Source: Candidatus Moraniibacteriota bacterium (GTDB taxonomy: Bacteria; Patescibacteriota; Minisyncoccia; Moranbacterales; DUUL01). Taken from it: 64,000 nucleotides of DNA. Both the position numbers and the translations under genes were made by a program. The stretch spans positions 1,214 through 65,213 of the forward strand of contig JBFHIG010000005.1 of the NCBI GenBank assembly GCA_041596615.1, read 5' to 3'. Shown here in pieces: positions 9,608 to 18,868 of this stretch (position 1 is the first letter of the stretch; each line of letters starts with the position of its first letter). The notes beneath the pieces are model-generated. The model was not told the origin of the DNA. It saw only the letters and a program-made list of their open reading frames with translations, and made no database searches.

Positions 9608-10879
9608 CTATTTAAGTCCCCAAACCAACGTTGCTTTTCTCTTGTCATCTTCATTTCTTGTTTTCAATCTAACATTAACATCTTCTTGTCTTAAGACTGA
9701 AAACCTCAAACCATCTTTAACATCCTGTGCATAAACAACCTTAACACGCTTCTTGGAATGCTTAACCTGAAAAAGTCTTTTTGCGAATTCACCAATATTT
9801 CTCAATTTAACATCGTTATATACAGATTTTTCTGCTATTTCAATAATCTTAGACATTGTTTCAATTGATTTTACAGGAAACCTGCCCACCGAAGATTCAT
9901 TTGAAAGCATAACTGCATCAGTGTTATCAATCACTGCGTTTGTAACATCTGCTATTTCCGCACGAGTTGGTCGAGCACTGGTAACCATTGATGCCATCAT
10001 TTGAGTTGCGACGATAACTGGCTTTCTTTTTTTGCGACATTTTTTAATAATATCCTTTTGGAAGATAGTCACCTTCTCCTGCGGAGCTTCAATTGCCAAA
10101 TCACCTCTAGCCACCATTATTCCATCTGATTCATCAATAATCTCATCAATATTTCGCATAGCCTTCTTCCTTTCTATTTTAGAAATAATCCAAGGCATTT
10201 TTATGCTTTTTTTACGTCCACGGCCTTCTTTTTTCTCCATATTTTTTTCCAGCATCCCCCTTACAACCGTTTTTAGATTCCTCAAATCCTCTCTGGTTGA
10301 AACAAAGGAAACACCAATCATATCAATTTCTTGCGAGAGAATAAACTCCAAATCAGCCAAATCCTTAGACGTTAAAAATCCTAAATGACTTGAAATTGCA
10401 GGAATGTTAACACCTTTGTGCATCTTAACTTTCCCGCCGACAAGAACCTTTGCGACACAGCCGTAATTTATAACTCTCAAAACCTCCAACTGAATCATCC
10501 CATCTTCAATAAAAACAATATCACCTTTTTTTAAGTACTCATAAAAGCCTACCCAGTCTAGTACTAGATGTTTTTTATAATTATCATTGTGCGGATAATT
10601 TCCATCACCAATAAAAACTGATTCGTCCTCAAGAATGTTGACTGTATTCTTATTAACAATTCTGACTCTTGGTCCTTGAATATCAGCTAAAATCCCAATC
10701 TTTCCTTTTATTTTTTTCTCCACTGAACGAATCCTTTTAATTGTCCTCAAATTCCATTCCGTGTCACCATGAGAAAAGTTCATCCTGCAAACGTTCATTC
10801 CTGCTGCAACCATTTCTCTTAAAACCTTCTCTGTTTCCGATGCTGGACCAATAGTGGCGACTATTTTTGTCTTTTTCAT
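9608..10879 (-). CDS. pyk: pyruvate kinase (compact form)
   Basis: 423 aa. KTKIVATIGPAS, MNVCRMNFSHGD, ILADIQGPRVR, MVARGDLAIEAP, VIVATQMMASM, DAVMLSNESSVGRFP. Confidence 0.9.
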   Translation of the reverse strand: MKKTKIVATIGPASETEKVLREMVAAGMNVCRMNFSHGDTEWNLRTIKRIRSVEKKIKGKIGILADIQGPRVRIVNKNTVNILEDESVFIGDGNYPHNDNYKKHLVLDWVGFYEYLKKGDIVFIEDGMIQLEVLRVINYGCVAKVLVGGKVKMHKGVNIPAISSHLGFLTSKDLADLEFILSQEIDMIGVSFVSTREDLRNLKTVVRGMLEKNMEKKEGRGRKKSIKMPWIISKIERKKAMRNIDEIIDESDGIMVARGDLAIEAPQEKVTIFQKDIIKKCRKKRKPVIVATQMMASMVTSARPTRAEIADVTNAVIDNTDAVMLSNESSVGRFPVKSIETMSKIIEIAEKSVYNDVKLRNIGEFAKRLFQVKHSKKRVKVVYAQDVKDGLRFSVLRQEDVNVRLKTRNEDDKRKATLVWGLK

Positions 10880-10915
10880 TTATTTTTATTTTTATTTTTA
10901 TTCCACCCTCAAACA

Positions 10916-11266
10916 CTAAATGTTAATTTTTTTCGCCAAATCTCCAACAATTGGCAAATCTTTCATCTTTCCATCATTTACATTTATAAGACCCACAATA
11001 GACAAGATAACGACACCTATATTAATAACAAAACCGATTCCTATTGCAGTTGTAATCCCACCAATAATCCAGGCTATCAGCAGAATAAGCCCTTGCTTTG
11101 CATGGAATTGGGCAAACTCACTTTCTTTCTTAGCTAGTAACGGAACTAGACATAAAAAACCAATGTAGCTTAGGAAAGTTATTGTTTTATTTTCTTTTAT
11201 ATCTTTATCTTTCTTCTTGGTTTCCTCAGTAACAACTTCAGCTTCTTTTATTTTTTTATCTTTCAT
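10916..11266 (-). CDS. small integral membrane protein (DUF4870-like)
   Basis: 116 aa. TFLSYIGFLCLVPLLAKKESEFAQFHAKQGLILLIAW plus further TM helices. Confidence 0.5.
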   Translation of the reverse strand: MKDKKIKEAEVVTEETKKKDKDIKENKTITFLSYIGFLCLVPLLAKKESEFAQFHAKQGLILLIAWIIGGITTAIGIGFVINIGVVILSIVGLINVNDGKMKDLPIVGDLAKKINI

Positions 11267-11292
11267 CTTTTTATTCTTAAATAATTAAAAAT

Positions 11293-12201
11293 TTAAATAT
11301 TCAATTCTCTTAATCTCTTAATTCTCTCCTCTGTTGCAGGATGTGTTGCAAAAAAGCTTGTCGTTTTTTTCGCCCTTTTCCCGCGAAAAGGATTTGCAAT
11401 ATACATATGTGCTGTTGCTTTATTAGCAACCGCTAACTCACCTTGGTACGATGAAATTTTTTCCAATGCACTTGCTAAGCCCTCTGGATAACGAGTCAGT
11501 AGAGCACCATCAGCATCAGCTAAGAATTCTCTTTTCCTTGAAATAGCCATCTGCATCAAAGTCGCTGCTATCGGAGCTAAAATCGCAAGAATAATCGCTA
11601 CAACCATCATAATCACCTGCAACTGACTGTTCCCTTCTCCTTCTCGCTTTCGCCCCCCAAACCAAGTCCAGTGCATGAACCAATCTGCAAGCAAAGCAAT
11701 AAATCCGACCAGAACAGTAACTACTGTACTTAAAAGAATATCCCTGTTCCCAATATGTGAAAGTTCATGAGCAACAACCCCCTCTATTTCTTTTTTATCC
11801 AAACTTTCGATGAGCCCTGTTGTCAGAGCCACAACTGCATGCTCAGGGTCACGCCCAGTAGCAAAAGCATTGGGAGCTGGATCTGCTATTAAATAAATTT
11901 TTGGTGTTGGCAGTCCTGCTGTTATAGAAAGGTTTTCCACAATACGATAAATCTCTCTTTCGTTTGGTGTTTTTGTTCCGATTCTTTGAGCACCAGAAAT
12001 CTTCAACACGATTTTATCACTCCACCAATAACTAACAAAGTTCATAGCAATGGCAAAGATAATTGCTCCATATAAAATTACTGGGCTATTCATTGCCAAA
12101 GAGAAAGACCATCCTACAAAAATAACAAATACCAAAAATCCCGCCAAATAAACCCAAGTCAGCTTTGTGTTTCTGTCTTTATGTGTATATAAAGTTGCCA
12201 T
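11293..12201 (-). CDS. htpX: zinc metalloprotease HtpX (peptidase M48)
   Basis: 302 aa. Four TM segments. HEXXH motif VVAHELSHIGNRD. C-terminal FATHPATEERIKRL. Confidence 0.9.
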   Translation of the reverse strand: MATLYTHKDRNTKLTWVYLAGFLVFVIFVGWSFSLAMNSPVILYGAIIFAIAMNFVSYWWSDKIVLKISGAQRIGTKTPNEREIYRIVENLSITAGLPTPKIYLIADPAPNAFATGRDPEHAVVALTTGLIESLDKKEIEGVVAHELSHIGNRDILLSTVVTVLVGFIALLADWFMHWTWFGGRKREGEGNSQLQVIMMVVAIILAILAPIAATLMQMAISRKREFLADADGALLTRYPEGLASALEKISSYQGELAVANKATAHMYIANPFRGKRAKKTTSFFATHPATEERIKRLRELNI

Positions 12202-12222
12202 AAAATTCGCTTAATACAAAAA

Positions 12223-12771
12223 CTAAAATTTTACCTCGATATTCTCTTTCTCTTTTTCCGCAATTTCGAAGAAATCATATTTTTTAAATTTCAACATCTC
12301 CGCAACCATATTTGTTGGAAAAATTTCAACCTTAGTGTTAAAATCGCGCACATTACCATTGTAGAATCTTCGAGAAGCTTGAATTTTATCCTCAGTATCA
12401 GTAAGCTCTCTTTGTAACTCTAAAAAGTTTTGATTAGCTTTTAAATCAGGATAGTTTTCAGATACAGCAAAAAGTGATTTTAAAGTATCGGAAAGCATGT
12501 TTTCCTTTTCAGCACTTTCCTTGGGATTCTGAGCACCCATAGCTTCCGTTCTAGCCTTGGTTACATTTTCCAACAAATCCTTTTCATGAGTTGCATATCC
12601 TTTGACCGTGCTTATTAAATTAGGAATCAAGTCATACCTCCTTTTCAACTGAACTCCAATATCACTCCAGGCCTCGTCAACTCTATTTCTAAACTTAATC
12701 AATCCATTGTATACAGCCACAAGCCAAATCAAAACCGCAACGACAATCCCCAAAAAGATAAAAAATCCCAT
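12223..12771 (-). CDS. lemA: LemA family protein
   Basis: 182 aa. N-terminal TM, then YNGLIKFRNRVDEAWSDIGVQLKRRYDLIPNL...ENYPDLKANQNF...RRFYNGNVRDFN. Paired with htpX, a common arrangement. Confidence 0.85.
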   Translation of the reverse strand: MGFFIFLGIVVAVLIWLVAVYNGLIKFRNRVDEAWSDIGVQLKRRYDLIPNLISTVKGYATHEKDLLENVTKARTEAMGAQNPKESAEKENMLSDTLKSLFAVSENYPDLKANQNFLELQRELTDTEDKIQASRRFYNGNVRDFNTKVEIFPTNMVAEMLKFKKYDFFEIAEKEKENIEVKF

Positions 12772-12837
12772 TTTTGTTTCTTAAATTATTAAATATCCTC
12801 ACACTTTCATAATACACCAGAGCATCTATATTGTAAA

Positions 12838-12870
12838 TAAAAAAGACCTCGAAAATCGAAGTCTTTTTTA
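12838..12870. terminator. bidirectional-type hairpin terminating the pilus operon
   Basis: gacctcga (12845-12852) / tcgaagtc (12856-12863), one mismatch, flanked by an A-run and a T-run. Lies between the distal pilin stop (12918) and lemA. Confidence 0.55.
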
Positions 12871-12917
12871 TATTTTTCTCGTTACGCGCTATAGCGCATA
12901 AAACACTCGTAACGAAA

Positions 12918-13322
12918 TTAGTTTCGGATACAACTTCCAGTCGCAACTGTACAAGTAACAATATCGTTAGTACCGTCAGATGCTGCGATTGTGGTATCAT
13001 TAGCTGTTGAGTATACAAAGTTTCCACCTTGCAAGGCTTGTCCAGTAAGGAGAGGCCAAACTTCAGCAGTAATAGTGGTATCACTACAAATTGTATCAGT
13101 ACCTGGAGTTCCCGTAACAACATTTGTAACGTTTCCTCCGTCATTAACACACAGTGCAGCTAAAGTTGTTGCTGATGCTAATGTTGCCTGAAGAGCTCCA
13201 ACTCTTGCTCGATCTCTTGCACTGTTCAAACTTACCAACACGATTGCAGCCAAAATACCAATAATCGCAACTACAACCAAAAGTTCAACAAGTGTAAATC
13301 CTTTTTCTTTATTTTGTTTCAT
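12918..13322 (-). CDS. type IV pilin (distal, PilE-position)
   Basis: 134 aa. Class III signal KEKG|[24 protein letters not shown]. Four Cys in the C-terminal head. Confidence 0.85.
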   Translation of the reverse strand: MKQNKEKGFTLVELLVVVAIIGILAAIVLVSLNSARDRARVGALQATLASATTLAALCVNDGGNVTNVVTGTPGTDTICSDTTITAEVWPLLTGQALQGGNFVYSTANDTTIAASDGTNDIVTCTVATGSCIRN

Positions 13323-13424
13323 TGTGTCACCTCCTCGCTTAGAATCATCTTTTTATTTATTTTAATTATTTATCCTTTTTTCTTTTTTATATTAAATTAA
13401 ACTTACTACAGATTGTTTATCTTA

Positions 13425-13937
13425 TTAATACCTTTCTTTGTTCACACAACACCTTCTTTTATGATTGGATGTCTTGATGTCATCACTACTAATATCTCCA
13501 CAGCCATTTTTTCCGATCATAACAGCTTTTTCATTATCTGCATTTTCGATATCACCAACCCATTCATAATTATCAGTTCCGTCAGTTTCCATATCATTTA
13601 TTGTCACAACATTGCCCTCGTTCAATCTACAGGCCTCCATCCACTCATATGTCGTACAAAGCCTTGCCCCTTCATCATCAAGACAACTATATGCCGATTC
13701 GCCCCAGTTCTCATCTGTACTATTCAAAAGATCATCCATAATACAAGAGTCTCCAATTGGAACCCAATCGCTAGAGGGGCATCCATCTGAGGCAGCCCTA
13801 ACATTTATCCCAATATTTTTATTATAGTATTTAAAACCAATAACTGCAACTATAACAAAAGAAAGAAATGGCAATACTACAAGTCTGATTATCCTTTTCC
13901 CGAAAATCTGCTTATTTTTTTCCTTCATATTTTTCAA
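13425..13937 (-). CDS. TM-anchored protein with 8-Cys CTLD/DUF1566-like module (paralogue 3)
   Basis: 170 aa. N-terminal anchor IIRLVVLPFLSFVIVAVIGF with no prepilin box. Module CPSSDWVPIGDSCI...NWGESAYSCLDDEGARLCTTYEWMEAC...YEWVGD...AVMIGKNGC...RRCCVN aligns with the two upstream paralogues. Confidence 0.65.
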   Translation of the reverse strand: MKNMKEKNKQIFGKRIIRLVVLPFLSFVIVAVIGFKYYNKNIGINVRAASDGCPSSDWVPIGDSCIMDDLLNSTDENWGESAYSCLDDEGARLCTTYEWMEACRLNEGNVVTINDMETDGTDNYEWVGDIENADNEKAVMIGKNGCGDISSDDIKTSNHKRRCCVNKERY

Positions 13938-13938
13938 T

Positions 13939-14421
13939 TTAATATCTATTTACACAACAACGAAAATCATTTGAACTGCTAATGGTAGCTCTTTTCTCTA
14001 TTTCCTTACAACTGTTATTATTCCCAAATAAGACTACTGCTTGACCAGCATTAACAATGTCATCAGCCCACTCCCAATCAGGACCATCGATGTTATCACC
14101 AAAAGAAACTCCATCATTCATTTCCGTTTGGCAAGCAGCCATCAACTCCTCTGCTCTGCAAAGTCTTGCACCCTCATCCTCAGCACAAATCTTAGCAGCA
14201 TCTTGCCAAGTCTCGTTTCCAGCTAAATCACTTTGAATACAAAAATCAGCCACCTCGATGTAATCCGCTGGACAAGTATATGCTGCATTAGCCTTGCCAT
14301 TTAAATTTCCGCCATTTTGTTTTTGAATCAAATCGATTCTTGAAAATGCAAAAATAAACACATATAAGATACAGACAACAAAAGTCGCAACTGCCAATTT
14401 TTCATCAATAATGTTCTTCAT
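13939..14421 (-). CDS. TM-anchored protein with 8-Cys CTLD/DUF1566-like module (paralogue 2)
   Basis: 160 aa. Anchor LAVATFVVCILYVFIFAF. Module CPADYIEVADFCI...ETWQDAAKICAEDEGARLCRAEELMAAC...WEWADD...AVVLFGNNNSC...FRCCVN. Its stop lies 1 nt from the next start. Confidence 0.65.
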   Translation of the reverse strand: MKNIIDEKLAVATFVVCILYVFIFAFSRIDLIQKQNGGNLNGKANAAYTCPADYIEVADFCIQSDLAGNETWQDAAKICAEDEGARLCRAEELMAACQTEMNDGVSFGDNIDGPDWEWADDIVNAGQAVVLFGNNNSCKEIEKRATISSSNDFRCCVNRY

Positions 14422-14431
14422 ATAAATATTT

Positions 14432-15244
14432 TTATTTCGTATTCAAACAACAACGAAATCTATAAGTGTTATTTATTGACTCCTCTGAGCTATCGTCACA
14501 ATCACTAAAACCAAAAACAATAGCTTCGTTAATCTCTGTTAAATCATCAACTCTCTCCCATCCATCATCTATATTATTGAGTCCAACAGCCGCGCTCATT
14601 TGACATGCAGAAACCCATTCAGAAGAAGAGCAGAGTCTGGCATCAACCTCCAAGCAAGCATCAGCAGCATCTTCGAATGAATATTCGGCTGGAATCCCAC
14701 CACTGTCGATGTGCTCATTAGTTTCAATACAAAAATCAGAAATTTTTTCATAGCCGTTTGGACAACCAGCAAGCGCCAAAGAAACTTCTACTGCGCGGCT
14801 GACACTTTCATCTTTGTCTCCACTTCTTCCAATTGAGCGCACCGAATCAATTTCATAAATTTCTGTATCGCCGTCAAGAATTATCTCTCCTGTTATATCA
14901 ATAAAATATAATTCACAATCAACATTAGAGACTTCACTGGCGGGACACTGCATTCTTCCATCCGAAGCTAATGCACCGAAAACCTCTGAAATCTTTTTAC
15001 TAGAATCGGATTCATCAGCAATTGTTTTTAATGCGAATTCAATTCCAGAATCAGCAGCCTGAAAGGCTGGTGTTGAATTTTTAATACTAGAACTCATCTT
15101 TCCTTCAACCAACGAAATTGAGGCTATTACTGAAACAATTATAAGCGCATTAATCAAAACCAAAACCATCAGAATGATTGCTGAGCCTTTTTGCTCTTTT
15201 TGCTCTTTGTGCTTATTTTTGCCAGAGAAATTATTTTTTCTCAT
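14432..15244 (-). CDS. PilX_N-type minor-pilin-like protein fused to 8-Cys CTLD/DUF1566-like module (paralogue 1)
   Basis: 270 aa. N-terminus KGSAIILMVLVLINALIIVSVIASISLVEG...AADSGIEFAL (PilX N-terminal pattern). C-terminal CPNGYEKISDFCI...SFEDAADACLEVDARLCSSSEWVSAC...WERVDD...AIVFGFSDC...FRCCLN. Confidence 0.65.
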   Translation of the reverse strand: MRKNNFSGKNKHKEQKEQKGSAIILMVLVLINALIIVSVIASISLVEGKMSSSIKNSTPAFQAADSGIEFALKTIADESDSSKKISEVFGALASDGRMQCPASEVSNVDCELYFIDITGEIILDGDTEIYEIDSVRSIGRSGDKDESVSRAVEVSLALAGCPNGYEKISDFCIETNEHIDSGGIPAEYSFEDAADACLEVDARLCSSSEWVSACQMSAAVGLNNIDDGWERVDDLTEINEAIVFGFSDCDDSSEESINNTYRFRCCLNTK

Positions 15245-15289
15245 TTTTCAATCTTTATTAACAATATTAGTTCGCTTTTAAGCTAAATC

Positions 15290-15871
15290 TCAATAATCAC
15301 GCAATGAAACTCCTGATTGAATTGTTATTTCGCTCTTCTCAGTAACTATCGAAGAGGTATCATTATGCTCAATTTTAATAACAGTTTTTACAAATCCACG
15401 GTCATCAATCGCCTCGTTTGATTGTCTCAGAAAAAAACTTCCATCGATTTTAGTTTTCCCATCAGATGAACCAACCAATATTTCAAAATCATTAAAATCA
15501 CTATGAGAGCAATTGACGGCATCACTATCTGCATCGACTGAGTCAAAAAGCAAATTGTCATTTTCAAACTTAAAACATTGTTTTGTAGAATCAACATTAT
15601 CAACAAAGAAAATTTCGTTACTCTTCGTTAATTTTGGATCAACTGCTCCAGAGCCACTTATGTCGCTACTTGTTCTAACTTTTTTGTTTAACTTTTCGAT
15701 TGCAAAACGAGCATTTTCAAGAGAATTTTCCATAGCCTGACTCTTTGTATGCGCTTCAATTGTTCGAACACTAAAAAGAAGTATTGCCCCTACAATAACT
15801 GAAAAAATCGTAACTGAAATAATTACCTCAATCAAAGAAAATCCTTTTTGTATGTTTTTTAATTTCTTCAT
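15290..15871 (-). CDS. minor pilin, PilW/PulJ-like
   Basis: 193 aa. Prepilin box QKG|FSLIEVIISVTIFSVIVGAILLF, then ...ENARFAIEKLNKKVRTSS. Confidence 0.7.
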   Translation of the reverse strand: MKKLKNIQKGFSLIEVIISVTIFSVIVGAILLFSVRTIEAHTKSQAMENSLENARFAIEKLNKKVRTSSDISGSGAVDPKLTKSNEIFFVDNVDSTKQCFKFENDNLLFDSVDADSDAVNCSHSDFNDFEILVGSSDGKTKIDGSFFLRQSNEAIDDRGFVKTVIKIEHNDTSSIVTEKSEITIQSGVSLRDY

Positions 15872-16408
15872 TTATTCTTGCCAATCAGTTAAAGTCACTT
15901 TAGCCTCAGCTTTTCTTGAAATTGCAGCATTGACGAAACTATCCCAACTAACGGTGCATGTAACAACCATACGCTCAACTGTTCCGCCAATATTACATGT
16001 TCTCCTAAAAACGGTCTTTGATGGATCGATGCAGCCACTAGATAAACAATTACGATAAACTCCATTAACTAGGTCTAGCTCTACTTGTGGCAAACGATTA
16101 CCGTCGCATTCAGGATTTGGAGTATTTGTTTCAAAATATGGATTGCAGTTTCCCGTTGTTAATCCCGTATTTATTGCATTTCCTGCCATAACATTCTGAT
16201 CACGAATGTTCCTTACAATCTCAACCCCCTCTTGTGCCAAGTTTGAAGCTATTACTTCATATCTGCTGTCCACATTTCGACGAACAGTGCTTGCGTATAA
16301 TGAATATAAGGTAGTAAAAGTAATCCCTGTGATAGTGATAACCAAAATCACCTCCACCAAGGTATACCCTCCCCTATCTCTCTGTCTTCTTTTTAAAAAA
16401 TTTATCAT
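15872..16408 (-). CDS. minor pilin, PilV-like
   Basis: 178 aa. Prepilin box RGG|YTLVEVILVITITGITFTTLYSLY, then ASNLAQEGVEIVRNIRD. Contiguous with the next gene. Confidence 0.7.
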   Translation of the reverse strand: MINFLKRRQRDRGGYTLVEVILVITITGITFTTLYSLYASTVRRNVDSRYEVIASNLAQEGVEIVRNIRDQNVMAGNAINTGLTTGNCNPYFETNTPNPECDGNRLPQVELDLVNGVYRNCLSSGCIDPSKTVFRRTCNIGGTVERMVVTCTVSWDSFVNAAISRKAEAKVTLTDWQE

Positions 16409-16424
16409 ATATCAAAGTTAGCAA

Positions 16425-17006
16425 CTATTCTATCTTTCCAATAGTATTAATGTTAATTGATTTTTGCGCACCAACGTTTGTATTTTTAATATTAATAACA
16501 TAATCAGCCGCCAATGGCTGTCCATCATCCCCAAAAACATCACTATAAGGAACTCTAAAAAAAATGCCTTTTCCTACATTAGCAGCTTCAAACTCAAGAT
16601 CATTACCTAAAGTTCGGGTACTTAAATCCTCTTTCTGAGTACCTGCGACCAGAGTATATGAGTGATAATTTGTTTCATCTCTACAAGAATTTGGGTTATT
16701 CCCAAAATCAGAATCGCTAACATAGATATAAAAAATTTTATATATTTTATTCGTTTGAATGTAAACACCATAGCCACAAACATGCTTCTTCTCTGGATTA
16801 GGGATTGACAATGAAGATGTTTGTGCCGATCTAATGGCTACGCGTACTTCGTCTCGTGCTAAGGTTAGACTTTTGTGTGTATCAGAAAAGCGAGAAACAT
16901 TCAGAACCACGCCTGACAATATCACCACGATTGAAATCGAAACAATCAACTCAATGAGCGTGAATCCTTTGTTATTTAATTTTTTATCTGTTTTTTTATT
17001 TTTCAC
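16425..17006 (-). CDS. minor pilin, GspH/FimT-like
   Basis: 193 aa. Prepilin box NKG|FTLIELIVSISIVVILSGVVL, then LTLARDEVRVAIRSAQ. Confidence 0.7.
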   Translation of the reverse strand: MKNKKTDKKLNNKGFTLIELIVSISIVVILSGVVLNVSRFSDTHKSLTLARDEVRVAIRSAQTSSLSIPNPEKKHVCGYGVYIQTNKIYKIFYIYVSDSDFGNNPNSCRDETNYHSYTLVAGTQKEDLSTRTLGNDLEFEAANVGKGIFFRVPYSDVFGDDGQPLAADYVINIKNTNVGAQKSININTIGKIE

Positions 17007-17016
17007 TTAAGCAAAT

Positions 17017-17838
17017 TCAAAATAATATTTTATATAAGTATAGCAACTTTTCACCAAAAAACAAAAAAATAAAGCTACTGATTACAAGAAATGGCCCAAA
17101 TGGTATCTGTGACTTCCATCCCTTTTTTGATTTTTTGACTAAAATCAAAGCAATTACTGAACCTAAGACGTAAGTTATTAACAAAAAAGGATACACATGT
17201 TTCCAGCCGATTAACAGTCCCAGCCAAAAACCAAGTTTCACATCCCCACCCCCAATCCATTTTCCTTTTGAAATTGCGAATAAAACATAAAAAAAACCAC
17301 CTACTAAAAAAGATCCTAGAATGTTTTCGCTCACAAAACAACTGATAGAGAAAATTGAGCAAGATGCCAAAAAATAGTGAGCTAATATATATATTGTGGT
17401 CAATAAAAATCCACTTATAACTAATTTATCTGGAATTATCATATATTTAAGATCCCAAATAAAAATTGCGCTTAGCACGAAAATAACAGCTAAAAGATAA
17501 ATTGTTTCCAGAAAAATCCCCGTGCTGGGATTTAAATTTAAAATCAAACCAGTTTTAAATCCAACAGCCAAAAACAATACTCCTAAACAAAATTCCACCA
17601 ATGGATATTGAAAAGAAAGTTGTTTTTTGCATCTTGAGCATTTTCCTTTTACAAAAAAATATCCCAAAACTGGAACATTTTCAAACCATCTCAATTCTTT
17701 TTTGCAAAAATCACAGCAAGAAGATCCCAACAAACTCTCCTTTTTCTCGCCACGATCAACAAAAACATTCATAAAACTGCCAAAAATACTCCCCAACAAA
17801 AATAAAAAAACAGCTTTCAAGAAAAACAAAATTTCCAT
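17017..17838 (-). CDS. pilD: prepilin peptidase / N-methyltransferase (peptidase A24)
   Basis: 273 aa, polytopic. Cys box CCDFCKKELRWFENVPVLGYFFVKGKCSRCKK. Catalytic Asp contexts IIPDKL and GGGDVKLGFWLG. Confidence 0.9.
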   Translation of the reverse strand: MEILFFLKAVFLFLLGSIFGSFMNVFVDRGEKKESLLGSSCCDFCKKELRWFENVPVLGYFFVKGKCSRCKKQLSFQYPLVEFCLGVLFLAVGFKTGLILNLNPSTGIFLETIYLLAVIFVLSAIFIWDLKYMIIPDKLVISGFLLTTIYILAHYFLASCSIFSISCFVSENILGSFLVGGFFYVLFAISKGKWIGGGDVKLGFWLGLLIGWKHVYPFLLITYVLGSVIALILVKKSKKGWKSQIPFGPFLVISSFIFLFFGEKLLYLYKILF

Positions 17839-17856
17839 TCCTACTTTATATTAATA

Positions 17857-18306
17857 TTATGGCGTAGTTGCATCACAAGCTGCAGCAGTCGCTAGATGTT
17901 GACATTGGTTGCTACCACTGTTACAACAAATTCTAGCTGTTCCATCGTCTGTATATACAAACCAATTTCCATCTTCAAAAGCTCCATCACTGACATAATT
18001 ACTAAAATTTGTTGGCGCTCCGGTTTTTGGCCATTTGCCATAATTAGAACTCAAGCTACAAATATCCCCTCCTCCTGCACTATCGTGCGGTTCGTTGATT
18101 GTACCATCATCGCTCCTGCAAAGAACCATATTCTGAATTGCACCGGCCAATTGTGCCTGCATTTTTGCCTCTTCTGCTCTTTTTTTATGAGCAGAAACTG
18201 AAACCAGAATCGTCCCCGAAAGAATTGAAATTATCGCCAAAACCAGCAATAATTCAACTAGGGTAAAACCACCCTTTGAATCACTAATTTTATTTTTTTT
18301 TATCAT
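17857..18306 (-). CDS. type IV pilin paralogue
   Basis: 149 aa. SKGG|[24 protein letters not shown]. Six Cys in the head domain. Confidence 0.85.
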   Translation of the reverse strand: MIKKNKISDSKGGFTLVELLLVLAIISILSGTILVSVSAHKKRAEEAKMQAQLAGAIQNMVLCRSDDGTINEPHDSAGGGDICSLSSNYGKWPKTGAPTNFSNYVSDGAFEDGNWFVYTDDGTARICCNSGSNQCQHLATAAACDATTP

Positions 18307-18317
18307 AGGGAATGAAA

Positions 18318-18737
18318 TTAATTACAAACATAAGAATCGTTTGACTGACAGCAGTTCCCCCCATCCTTAGCAAAACAAGAAACAAATGTAGCACCACTGT
18401 CACAGCTAATCCTCCATCTCTTGTTGGTATCATCGAGATTTGCATATACACAGCCTGTGGTACCCAAACTTGGCCAAATAGCAGTAGTTCCAGCACAAAT
18501 CACACCTCCACCAGTTGAGGTGTTGGTCCAAGTTGAGAAAGTTTTATTGGTCAAATAACATTCCACTGCAACTGGCATAACACTTCTTCCAGTTTCCATT
18601 GCTGAAGTAAGCTTCGCTCTTTTCCTTTGGCCACTTAGAGACATGGTGATTGTCGCTGCTAGAATCCCAATAATAGCGATAACTGTTAAGAGTTCCATCA
18701 GCGTAAAGCCTTTTTCATTTCTTTGTTTTTTTTTCAT
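18318..18737 (-). CDS. type IV pilin paralogue
   Basis: 139 aa. NEKG|[24 protein letters not shown]. Eight Cys. Confidence 0.85.
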   Translation of the reverse strand: MKKKQRNEKGFTLMELLTVIAIIGILAATITMSLSGQRKRAKLTSAMETGRSVMPVAVECYLTNKTFSTWTNTSTGGGVICAGTTAIWPSLGTTGCVYANLDDTNKRWRISCDSGATFVSCFAKDGGNCCQSNDSYVCN

Positions 18738-18868
18738 TTGATGTGATGCATTTACTTTTTTTACACTTTCTTAAACTTCTCAACAAAAGATAATCAAACA
18801 CTGAATTTCCAAAAAACATAGCTCTTCTGAAAATTCAGTTGTTTAATGATCTAGATTTTTAAACAAAA

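Noticed and set aside
12695-13150. 151-aa ORF overlapping both lemA and the distal pilin, plus similar shadow ORFs at 12991-13191, 17075-17362, 17896-18201, 18290-18496 and 18859-19047
   Set aside because: These are alternate-frame or antisense readings of well-supported pilus genes. The Leu/Val/Gln-rich strings are typical of shadow ORFs in Ala/Thr/Gly-rich coding sequence.
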